DNA from: Lingula anatina
Taxonomy: Eukaryota > Animalia > Brachiopoda
Direction: 5' to 3'
Length of the DNA stretch: 64,000 bases
Assembly (NCBI GenBank): GCA_051362555.1
Contig: CM120641.1
Span: 5,146,001 to 5,210,000 of the forward strand
Shown: piece after piece, positions 25,583 to 37,300 of the stretch
How positions within the stretch are numbered: the stretch's first letter is position 1
Layout of the letters: every line of letters starts with the position of its first letter
Notes under the pieces: generated by a model
What the model was told of the DNA's origin: nothing
What the model saw: the letters and a program-made list of their open reading frames with translations, nothing else
The model's database searches: none
Made by a program: the position numbers and the translations under genes

Positions 25583-25793
25583 GGGGCGTCTCGATAGTCC
25601 GAAGGTTCATTGGTCCGAAGGTTCATTGGTCCGAAAAGTGGTAACATTTTCATCGATTTTTTAATCAAGGGTTCATTGGTCCGAAGGTTCTATAGTGAAC
25701 TTTCGGACCAATGAACCTTCGGACTATTCTAAGATCTAATATCTGTTTATTAGATCTTAGGACTATTGAACCTTCGGACTATCGCTACGGCCC
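25583..25793 (+). mobile_element. MITE with 16-bp subterminal repeats (CCGAAGGTTCATTGGT), carrying a 32-bp insertion
   Basis: Reverse-complement copy of 26525-26697, apart from the insertion at 25729-25760 and its duplicated GACTATT. Confidence 0.88.
25729..25760 (-). mobile_element. 32-bp ends-only P-like element (probable excision footprint), 7-bp TSD GACTATT
   Basis: GACTATT|CTAAGATCTAATATCTGTTTATTAGATCTTAG|GACTATT. Confidence 0.85.
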
Positions 25794-25843
25794 TATGAAC
25801 AATACTTGCACAAACTTCATGTTAGTACACATGTACATCAGGA

Positions 25844-25878
25844 CTAAGATCTAATAAACAGAGTATATTAGATCTTAG
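25844..25878 (+). mobile_element. 35-bp ends-only P-like element (probable excision footprint), 7-bp TSD ATCAGGA
   Basis: ATCAGGA|CTAAGATCTAATAAACAGAGTATATTAGATCTTAG|ATCAGGA. Confidence 0.85.
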
Positions 25879-26524
25879 ATCAGGAGTACACATGAATGTC
25901 TAAACAATGCAATCTACGCGTGAATTGCCGTATCGACATCGGTATGATTTTATTAATGATCATTTTTGTGGTAATTGCTACAAAGATGCATATTGATTTA
26001 TAAAGCAAACAAATCATGTTGCAATTGAATTGAAAAAATATGTGATAAACGTGTAAAATCATTAAAGATTGACAGGAAACAGAAATCCGAAATTTCTTCT
26101 TCTATGAAACTACTGACAGTGACAGCTTCAAAACACATTCTACTTTTGCTGTTAACAATTTCCAATTATAATCGATGTGACCCATAATTTATCAGTTATT
26201 TTACATTAGCTGATTTAATTTGACAAAAAAGTAAACAAAAAGAAAGAAAGAGTGAAAAGGCAAAATTGGGACCAGAAAGCCTTTGGATTATAGCTTGCTG
26301 GCATAAAAGGAATGGAAGGCGGACTGAATTTTTAAGGCAAAGCAATTTGGTTCGAAGATTTATTATTGCTACAAATATTTATTCTAAAGATACAGATATA
26401 ACGAAAAGGAGAGGGAAAACGGTTCATTTCTCTATAGTTTTCTAGGGGCATTTGTTAAATAAAAAAAAACTTTGGATAGCAAAATGTTTTGGTTCAACGA
26501 AACTTCGAGATCTATCGATGTGCG

Positions 26525-26697
26525 GGGGCCGTAGCGATAGTCCGAAGGTTCAATAGTCCGAAGGTTCATTGGTCCGAAAGTTCACTATAGAACCTTCGGA
26601 CCAATGAACCCTTGATTAAAAAATCGATGAAAATGTTACCACTTTTCGGACCAATGAACCTTCGGACCAATGAACCTTCGGACTATCGAGACGCCCC
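26525..26697 (-). mobile_element. Second, uninterrupted copy of the 16-bp-repeat MITE
   Basis: CG|GGGGCCGTAGCGATAGTCCGAAGGTTC ... GAACCTTCGGACTATCGAGACGCCCC|CG; possible 2-bp CG TSD. Confidence 0.88.
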
Positions 26698-27695
26698 CGT
26701 TCATAGTTCACGTAATAAGGCGTGTCCGGAGCGAGCTAAAACTTCGTATTGGTTAGTATATTGAACGCTGTTGACGGTGCTTTTCTAAATATTTTGTGAT
26801 TTGCGTAGTTTCCTCGCAGACGCCCACAGGAAGCCGATACTCTCAAAATAGAAGTTATCGTACTAGCAGGATCAATCTATCTCAGCGGGGATTCTCGCTG
26901 TGATTTATTTATTTTAGGCCACCATAATGTTGGCTTCGTTATTTAAATTAGACTCATCAAAGTTATTATATCATTTTTATTTATCAAAAAATTCTTATCT
27001 TCAAGATGGAATATGTCTAAATTATAGTTTACAATACTGAAAATATACCACCTTTCTTTTTTATTTTGAAACTTACCAATGTAAAACTATTATGCCTTAC
27101 ATATAAATTATAGAAATAATTATAAAATCTCCCCCATATAATATATTTTATATTTAAAAGGTTCAGCAAATTCAACTTCTCCCAGACCCTCAATCTTTCA
27201 TTTATTTATTTGAAACTTAAATTTAAGCAAAGAAACTGTGTTGTATGCTGAGAACTTTGTAGATATAGATAAATCTAGAAAACTGCATTTATACTAAAAA
27301 TAGCTAATATACACAAAACAGGAAAAAATTAATAACTTTTGTTAAAATTATAAGATTGTGCTGGTTTTTATAAAGAACCTGCCTTTTTACCAAACAAAGC
27401 CATTTGGCAAATTTGTAGTAATACAAAAATATGCTACGTATGTTACTTATGGGGTGTACATCACCAAAATATGTGAAAAAAATGAAATTCAATAGCTTTT
27501 GCAAAAATAAATGGATTATGCTGATTTGCCAAAGGAATACCAACAAAGCCACTCTGTAAATTTTAAGTAAAACAAAAATATGGTATGGCAATTAAACATT
27601 GAACATGCAGTGTGTGTATATAAAAAAGAATCATATCTTATTGTTTAATCAAACCTGTATGTACCTATAGCATCTGGTTATAACACCACAGAAAT

Positions 27696-30574
27696 CTAAG
27701 GGTGCAGTGATCTATGTCCTATGTAAGGTACAAATTTTATTTGAAAATTTTCTACCAAGTGGAAGCCACATTTTAAATGCAGTAGAAGTGATGCTTCATT
27801 GTCTGTCTCAATGTACAGATATGGGTAATGTCCAACCTGTACATGTTTTTTGGCCAATGTGGTGATGACATACTTTGCACATCCTTTCCCCCTGTGTTCT
27901 GGTGTCACATGCAACATCCCCATTCCACCATGTTCATTTGTTATCATGTAGGCTATGCATTGTCCCTGTGCTGTAAATAGTGCAACAGTTGGTAAATTTT
28001 CTATCAAACTTTGAATATATGTCCTCTTTCTTTCTGTACCACCATACTTCCATTCACTGTTCACCTGATGTGAGTGTTCTGCTGATAGGACACCTTCCTT
28101 AAAACTATCTGGGATTGCCCTGCAAGAAAGGTAATTTTTGTGATAAGTAAGTTTTTAAAAAATGAAATATCAACAAATAGCAATTTACACTTGGGCAGAA
28201 TGAGGTTATGTGTAAAAATGTACAGTAGATACTGTTCAGGTTTCCACTTTTATGGACAAACATTAATCATAGAACTGATAGAATCAATAACATTGAAATG
28301 ATCTGAAGAGATAAACACATAATTTAAAGTTGAAATTCTTTATTTTTCATTTTAGGTGCAATACATAATGATTAACAGCATAATTACTATTGATTTTTAA
28401 TTATTGTGCTACTGGCACTGTGGTCATTGCAGGAAACTAGCACAGGGCTTTAGACCCATGGGGGTTCAAAGTCAAACCTTGAAAATTTATTTTATGTTAA
28501 AACAATGTGTGAAAAAAACTTTCTAATATGAGATTTAACTTTCTTGTAAATTTGAGAAAAAGAAGTATCATGATTTACCCATTATGGTGTTATTGGGGAT
28601 AGTGCATATTGATGACTTTGCTTTGGGGACGACAGATCCAGGTGATGGCTAAATGTCCAGACACATGGTGTTTGTCCATATGTATAACATTTTCAATGCA
28701 TAAGACCAGTATAAATGCCCAGGGAAAAACAATTAGGAAGATGTACTTACATTTTAGGGATGGAACCTTCATCTTTGACATAGAGAATGTGGCATTGTGC
28801 TTCATTGTCCTCATCCAACTTTCCTCCATGCTCACTTGCCACTTCACCAATATATTGATACAAAGGACTTGGACAAACTAGACAACAAATGATATGCAAA
28901 AGTTCAGTTATTGTCGACTAATGCTGATTATATCTATATCTTGGGCCAGTTTCACAAAATGGCCAACAATAAATTGGTCAAACAATTTGGCCAAAATTGG
29001 TCTTTGTACTTCAAACTACTCCAAACAAAATCCATGCACTGCAGCAGTACATTTAAATACAGCTAGGAGTCATCACACATGTAAAGAATAGATATACAGT
29101 AAGTCATTACTGTTCTCACAATATATCTTGTGTAAAACTGGAAATAAAGTTTGGTATAAAATTTTAGACCAGTTGTGAGGCTATATGGTACTACGTAGTA
29201 GGTCTTTTGTGAAATAGCCCCTGATTTACTTATTTGACTATGACATAATGATAAGAGATACATGTATTATCAGCCAGGAACAAGTTGAACTGCATGAACT
29301 ATACATTACTGTGCTTATAATATTCTGATTCTGAATGTGTTATAATGCTAAAATCTTCAAAGAGGTCCTCCAAGAGGTCTTCACTCCATGCTATTTTGCT
29401 CAATTACCTAATAAGAAGTTCTGACTCCAGTCAATAAAATAATTCTTCCTTAAAAATTCTAGACCTTTTGCTTCCTCACCAGATTGAAAATACACCAGGT
29501 AGTAATTTATGTGAACCTATAATAATAATAAAAAAACAAAAGTTTAACAATTCCTTTAACTCTTCAGAAAGGAGAGTGAAAGAATTAATGCCATTTTGTT
29601 ATATTCACAGGAAACATATTGTAAAATGTATTTTAAAAAGATATTTACATTTATGTTTCCAATAAATAATAAACAATAATTACATCAAATGTACTGCTAG
29701 TATTGTCTCATTATCTTTAAATAATTAAAGTATTTAGCACCATCTGAAGTCATTAATTATTCCCTGAAATATATATAGACACATGAACATACACACAAAT
29801 CACAAATAACAGTAGGTGTATTTGGCTATTAAAAAAACTCCCCATGAAACCTGTCAAAATTAGATAACTTTCCCCTAAAATTAAGGACCTATAATCACAA
29901 ATTATTAAAGTATGTAGACAAGAATTACCTAAAACTTAATGCCATTAACAGAGTAATAAGATCACTAGAAATACTTTTTTTGCTATAATGTGATATACAT
30001 GGTCCATTCAGAAGAAGAAAAAGTTAAGTTATCACTGCTATTACCTCACTTTTGGTTTCCTCTGGTTTGCTGATCACTACAGAATATGATGGCCAGTTAT
30101 CAGTATAGAATAGACTAGAAAACTTGCTGTTCTTCTGAGAACTCTGTATTGAAGCAATCATCTATTCCAGAATATGCAGATTGTAAATTAAAATTAGTAT
30201 TTTTTATATTGCCATTATCATATATCATACAGGAGTAGTAAGCAGATCCACATTTTGCAAAATTCCAATGTTTAAAGAATTGAGTTCAGAAAAAATAAAA
30301 ATATGGAAATTTTGCACAGACATTTAGTCACTCATTACTTACCAACTTACAATAAGATTTACATACACACACATTAATTAATCAAAACTACTTGCCAAAT
30401 TGCTGAGGAAAAACATCAACAAAAAATAGCTAGAACACTTACGTATAAAGAACGTGGCATGTCTTTCTCTAGATGTTCTAACAGCTGCGTAAGTTCAAGT
30501 TGCTTAAGTGGGTTTGCTGTCCCTACTTGATGTAAAGATTTATCCACGCTGCTCTTGGACACTGACATGCTCAT
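27696..30574 (-). CDS. Glycine N-acyltransferase-like GNAT protein, paralogue B (5 exons: 30443-30574, ~30045-30161, ~29408-29516, ~28750-28878, 27696-28119)
   Basis: Same exon structure and motifs as paralogue A (LEKDMPRSLY, DNWPSY, IDWS, VNSEWKYGG, GMGMLHVTPEHRGKGCAK). Confidence 0.85.
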
Positions 30575-31079
30575 ATAAATTCTAAACAGTGAGATACATA
30601 ATGTTCAAAAATGCTGATATTCAGAAAATACAAAGGGCAAGAAATATTAGCAATATTTATGTTTTTATTTGTTAGAGGGGTGTGTAATATGGCCAGTCAT
30701 TTTAAGTTAAAATCAAACTTTATAAATTTTATCAAAAGTCGAATCCCAGTGTGTAAAGAGGGATTGAATAATTTTTGGCGTATTTTAATAAAATTAAAAT
30801 TAATAACAAGCACAATACACACAGAAAACGTATCAGAGCCCTGACGCTACACGTACACATCATACATGTAACACATCAGCGACAGATGCTCTCTTCATCT
30901 TTGAGGTGCCGCAGTTGGAACACCTTGTACCTTATATGTGAAGAATATATATAAAGAATCCCAGTTTCCTAAATGTAAGAAACCAATCTCCTGTAAGAAA
31001 CCAATCTCAAACTTGGGGAACTTATCAGCAGCTAAAATAAAGGTCTTCCATTGGAAAATTTTCCCTGACACCCACGACG

Positions 31080-31260
31080 TGTTCTAGTTTCCAATGATTT
31101 ACCTAGCATCATTCAGAATCGCAAATGTATTTGCGGTAACGTTACCCCGCCCCCTCCTCCTGATTTGTTATTATGCTACGGTGACGGAAATCCGAAATTG
31201 TGGGCCTTTCATTGGGCAAAAATTTCAAGTGCGGACCTTGTTTGTGTACTTCCGCTCTTT
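31080..31260. promoter_or_regulatory. Divergent promoter between acyltransferase B and BBS1
   Basis: CpG-enriched; RFX half-sites GGTAACGTTACC (31135-31146), X-box-like GTCACCGTAGCAT on - (~31174-31186), GC box CCCCGCCCC (31145), ATTGG (31211). BBS genes are established RFX targets. Confidence 0.5.
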
Positions 31261-31341
31261 GGATACCAGCGCACAAAATGTTTTGAAATGAATTGATCAA
31301 ATCAAAATTCTGGACATCGATTGAAAAATAGACCTTAGAAG

Positions 31342-34300
31342 ATGACATCTCAGTCCACAACATCTAAAGACAGCATAGATGCAACCAGGTAAGAATTTTC
31401 AACTTGTTGATAAACTTGGAATAGTTAAATTAGAAAGTAAAAACGCCACATCTTGTTTCTTGCCACCTTCATTGCTTCAATGATCTTGGTCTGAATCCGA
31501 GATACGGCTACTACAACTGCAGTGCATGTGTAAACAAGATGCTGTTATTATCTACCTGATAGTAAGCGAAAATAAGTTTCATTTGTAGAATTGCAAAATA
31601 AAATCACTGAGAAATTTGCATAAGATTTCTGCAAAGCTACATTGTATACCATGTGCTAGTACTGTATATACTGTAAACTGTACATGTACCTGAAAACTGA
31701 AAATGCGTTGGTCTGTTTCTTTTGTTTCTTTTTTTTATATATTTATATTATTGTCTTCAATTTTATGATGTTTGTCTCCTTAATGTTTAGGGATGATGGT
31801 AAATGGCTGAGTGCATTCTATGACCCAGTGGCATCTCTGTATACGTTTTCCCAATGCATCACACTGTCAGATATTAATGCTGATGGAGACAACAAGCTTA
31901 TTATTGCAGACCTGGGGACAGGTTCCTATCAGATGAAATTGAAAGTCTACAAAGGTAAATGTGTGCTATAATAAAAGCTAGTCCATGATATTTTTTCTTT
32001 ATAATACTCTTTCTAAACTTGAAGAAAAATAACACAAAAGGTAATTGTACTTTATTTTAATTTCTTAAAAGTATGTTGAATAATAGCAGTTTAAATTTTA
32101 CAGAATGTAAAAGATGTTTTAACTTATGGAGGGCAAAAAATGCAATGGCCTAAAACTGAATTATTTCAACATTTTAGTTATTAGTACCACCAGCGTATAC
32201 GCTGGCGGTACTCATGGTTTTAGTCCCGACCCGTCTCGTACAGCTCCGCCGGCTCCTGCGGCTCCGCCGGCTCCTGCGGCTCCGCAGTCGGGCGCCGGAA
32301 ACAAGTCACCGTTACCGCTTCTCCTCCTAGACCGCCAGGACCTGTGTCCCCATCTCTTGGATTTAGGTCACATATAATCTCAACTTGAACACCCTGTTTT
32401 TTTTATCTCTGTCGGTGCATTGGCCTGTGCGTGACACTTGTTGAAACGCACCCTTGTCAAAATTTTTGAAAATTCAAGGCTAAATATCTCCCAAACCAAA
32501 GGAATTATGGGAAAAATTACTACAGAAGTCTGACCGAAACTCATATGTGGAGATTCCAAATATGCCCTTGGATTTGACTTTTGACCTTTTTTTCAAGGTC
32601 AAACAAGCCAAAATTTTCTAAAAAATGGGAATTTTCTGCAAAAAAATATTTGTTTGTGCTATTTTTTGGAAACTACACAGATCTAAGCTCTCCTGTTACA
32701 GTGAGGGGTTACAATTGGGGACTCCTTTCATCTTTGGGAGTTTGGGGTCAATCGGTGCATTTTCACGGGAGAAGCAGCCATTAGATCCCGAAACTGAAAA
32801 CTTGTTTTTATTCTGGAATGGTAAATGCCAGAAACCTTTTGTTCATCGCATTTTGTAGAACTTGTCAAGTGCAATACTGGAGGTGGTGTCCATTTTTTTG
32901 TTTTCGATATGGTTTAGGCATTGCGCTATATCAAAAATTACAACATTGCAATATTCAGTGGGGAAAATGATAAATATTCCAAAATTAGCAGAGATATGCC
33001 CATAGTTACTATTGAACTTGAGTAAGAAGTCATATACTGGTAATCTAACTGTGACCTTGAAATTGACCTTTGACCTACATTTCATGATGAACTGCACTTT
33101 GAAGTTTTCTGATCTTTATATCTCCAAAACTGGCAAAGATACGCCCATAGTTACTATTGAACTTGAATAGGAAGTTATATACTGTTAATCTAACTGTGAC
33201 CTTTAAATTGACATTTGACCTACTTTTCACCATGAACTGAACTTTGCAAATTTTCCAGCCCTTATATCTCCAAAACTGGCAGAGATACACCCATAGTTAC
33301 TGTTAAACATGAATAGGAAGTCATATACTGGCATTCTTATTGTGACCTTGAAATTGACCTTTGACCTACTTTTCAACATGAACTGAACTTTGCAAATTTT
33401 CTATCCCTTATATCTCGAAAACTGGCAGAGATAGGTCCAAAGTTACTATTGAACTTGAATAGAAAGTCATAAACTGGCAATCTTACTGTGACCTTGAAAT
33501 TGACCTTTGACCTACTATTTATGTTGAACTGCACTTTGCATGTTTCCTGGCCTTCATATCTCCAACATTGGTAAAGAAATGCCCATAGCTACTATTGAAC
33601 CTTTATAGGAAGTCATATACTGTGGCCTTGAAATTGACCTTTGACCTACCTTTTTACCACAAACTGAACTCTGCATATTTTCGTGCCCTTCATATCTCCA
33701 AAACTAGCAGAGATCTGCTCAGTGTTGTCCCTAGGTTTTCTCTTTTGTCAGCATACCGGTATATGCAATACTGATAATGCATTTCAAGGAAAACCAATAG
33801 GCTTATTGTCTAGAAAATCACAGGAGTGATCAGTGTTAGGAAAATATAGGTCAATTTGAACATCTCCTTGATTGGACCTAAGATCTAATAAACAGAAAGA
33901 TTAGACAGCGGCATTTTCCCTTTGACCAGACGTTCGTACGGGTAAACATTGCTCTATTGTTCCCCTTAAGTTGTTTTGATAGCCGGGCTTAATTTTAATC
34001 CCCATTGTACCTAACCCGTGTTTAGCGAATAGCGTGATTTCTCGTGCATTCTCGCGGACGCCACATCGTCGTCAAGTAGATCCGCCATATTGGATAAGCA
34101 ATGGCACACGTGGAGTTTTTTTATTAAAAAGTTCTAAAGATGTACAGTTTGTTTACATTTCGTAGTTGTCTTAATACTTTATATTCAGAGGAGGCAATAC
34201 CCAATAGCGCACTACCTGTAACAACAGCTGCCATTTTATAGAAATTGACTCAACTTGGAGATATAGCCGGAAACGTGACGAGATCATCAACGTAACAGAT

Positions 34301-37300
34301 AGTGATATTCGATGCCGTTTTGGACAATAAGGTCATGCTAATCACTGGGAGAAACTGAATGGTGAAGCTACACCAAAACAGAAACTTGATCTATTATGCC
34401 TGTTTGTAAAACTTCGTCACTATTAGCGGTCATTCTTTTAGAGCATAATCAATTCAAATTCACCAGAATATTCGTAGTAAATCGGTGAAACAAAAAGGAC
34501 TGAAAAAAATCCTTTAAGAAAAAGTAGTTTTTAATTTCACTTTCACAAACACTAATTTGGGTACCTACTTCATAATGATAGTGAAAGGTAAGACATATCT
34601 TTATACTGACAATCAAATAAAAGTAAACTCGTTTTTTCATATTTTTAGAACACATGCAATATAGTTTCCTTGCGACTTCATAATCATGCACATATTTTTA
34701 AACTCTGCAAAATCTGTTTTGAAACATATGCCTTTTGAACATCTCCCACAGAATGTATTGGAAGAATAATACGTGTAACAATTTTGTTTTCCATCTCACT
34801 AAAAATGACTAAATAAAAGATGATTGCTAAAAATTATCAATATTTCATCAGATTTAGCATTTAAAACTGACCATTCATTTCCGGCTGATAAAGTAACATA
34901 ATACAAGTCATATTCTGTTCATAAGCATTTTATTATAGATTTAATAAGGCACAGATATTGAAATGCAAATAAAAATGTTAACACCTTTAGATACCACTGA
35001 CTGTTACACAATCACAACAGATAGGTAATTTATTTAGGAGTACTAGTTTCACATGACAAAGAATTATAGCATTTTCCCCCTATTTTGACTTGTTTCAACA
35101 TTAATATCTCATTCAATAAAAATTATGCACGTGATGATAATATTTATCTATTGTTAAGAGCACTACTGACTAATTCCAACCTAGACTTGACTTCAGAGTT
35201 TACAGAAGGGAGACAATTTATAGTGATATATTTGTTTTTCATGAAGAACAACATATGGCTAGTTTCATGGTGGTTCATTTGCTGAAATATCAATGTGCCT
35301 GTCAGGTTCTTGAGTAGCACTGAGTTAACTTGACAGAGATACGTCGTCATCAGAATCACTTCCATTGCAACATATATCTGAAAAAAAATATTATCACACA
35401 GTTAAAAAGATGCTGACGTGTTAATTGCTCATGTTATGTTAAAGTCCACTGTACGGACAACACTGACCTAGCTTTTCCTGCACTTGTAAAACTATCGAGC
35501 AAAAATTAAATATTTAATTTCGGGCAGCTTACCATTTTGCTTATTTAATACATCTGTGTGTCTTTTTGATTGTTTACAATCACTTTGCAAACTTGACAGT
35601 GGTGCATCTAAATCATCTGCAACACTTGCATTATGACATTCACCCGAAATAATAAAATAATATTTTACTGTCAAAAAGGTTCTGACATGTGCTAGTCTCT
35701 TATTATTTGTCATTTGTATAATTCCACTCAATCCACTGTGGTGATTGCACCTGCCTTTTTGTATCCGATACTGGTACTAATGTTGTTGGTACAGTGGAAA
35801 TCAGATACTTGTAATAATGTTGTCGGTACAGTGGAAATATCTTACTGAGCATGACACACAAGGGACAGATTGATAGTGCCCATGTATGTAAGACATTTTA
35901 CTTTCAACTCCATAAACTAAAAAGTTCTAGTTATAGACCAGAAAGCTTACCTTTTGATTTTGCTGCCAGATTTTGCTCTTTATTTTTTCTCCTGCGGGCC
36001 TTGACCCATTTTAATGGCATCTGAAAACAAAAAATAAAAATAAAAATAAGGATGTGAGGCACATTTTCACGCAATCTTCTCATTACTTAGGTATAAATCC
36101 TGGATAAAAATATCACCAGTTGTAGTCCCCGCCATCTTGTTTTATTGTCATCTTTACCGATAAATATTTCTAAGAAAAAAAACTAAATTTGAGCTAAGTT
36201 TGACCCTACGACCTTCCACTACTTTTTTAGATGAACACAGGTTAACTGCCAATGCATAGTACAGATCTAATTTCGTGTTCGGTAGTGCATTTGAAGCCCA
36301 TCGATAACAAAAGTCGCCGCCATCTTGTTTTATTGTCATTTTTACCGTTAAATATTCCTAAGAAAAAAAGCTTAAGTTTAGCTAAGTTTGACCCTACGAC
36401 CTTCTACTACTTTTTTAGATGAACACAGTTTAACTGCCAATGCATAGTACAGATCTAATTTCGTGTTCGGCTGTGCATTTGAAGCCCATCGATAACAAAA
36501 GTCGCCGCCATCTTGTGTTATTGTCATTTTTACCGTTAAATATTCCTAAGAAAAAAAGCTAAATTTTAGCTAAGTTTGAACCTACGACCTTCCACTACTT
36601 TTTTAGATGGACATAGTTAAACTGCCAACGCATTGTATAGATCCACTTTCGTGTTCGGCTGTGCATTTTAACCCCGGCGATTATGATCAGCACCGCCATT
36701 TTGCTTTATTGCCCGAAGTATTGTTTAAATTTTCATAGAAAACTAAGCTACTATAAATTAAATTATCAACCAATAAAACGACAGTGTTATTCAGTCATCA
36801 GTAATATAAAAACCAACGTACATAAAGTTAAACTCCCCGTGTTAGACCTTAGGTAACAAAGCATTCAAACTCGCTTGTCTGTCGCCATATTGCTAATTTG
36901 AATGCAACAACGGATTGAAGGCAAATTTTCACGATAATATCTGCTCCAAAATATTGCATATTTTACACACAAGTGAACCCTGTTAGTTTTCCCTTCTGCA
37001 CATACATTCTCAGAGAAACTACAAGACTAAAAGAGGTAATTTACCTACCTTGAAATCGCCCACATGCAACAGAGCTCTACCTGCGCACGATCACAACGCG
37101 ACTGACTACTTCCGCCGTACGAACGTCTTTCCACAGTTAATCGGATTACCCTTTGAAGAATTGCCGAGTGTCCAATCTTTGGTATATTAGATCTTAGATT
37201 GGACCATTTTAACTGTTATGTTTTTTTGATTTTTTTTTTTTTTTTTTTTTTTTTGTGCATATTTTGAGAACTCTTGTTTATTGCATTTTATAGAGCTTGT

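Noticed and set aside
25591-25790. 16-bp repeats as CRISPR or iteron-like array
   Set aside because: They are head-to-tail subterminal repeats of a MITE present in two copies.
32126-32377. Pro/Ala-rich ORF in a BBS1 intron
   Set aside because: Arises from the simple repeat at the HINE 5' end.
32988-33715. Regular repeats as a CRISPR array
   Set aside because: Eukaryotic intron; whole ~145-bp units are homologous with no unique spacers, and there are no cas genes. It is a HINE core.
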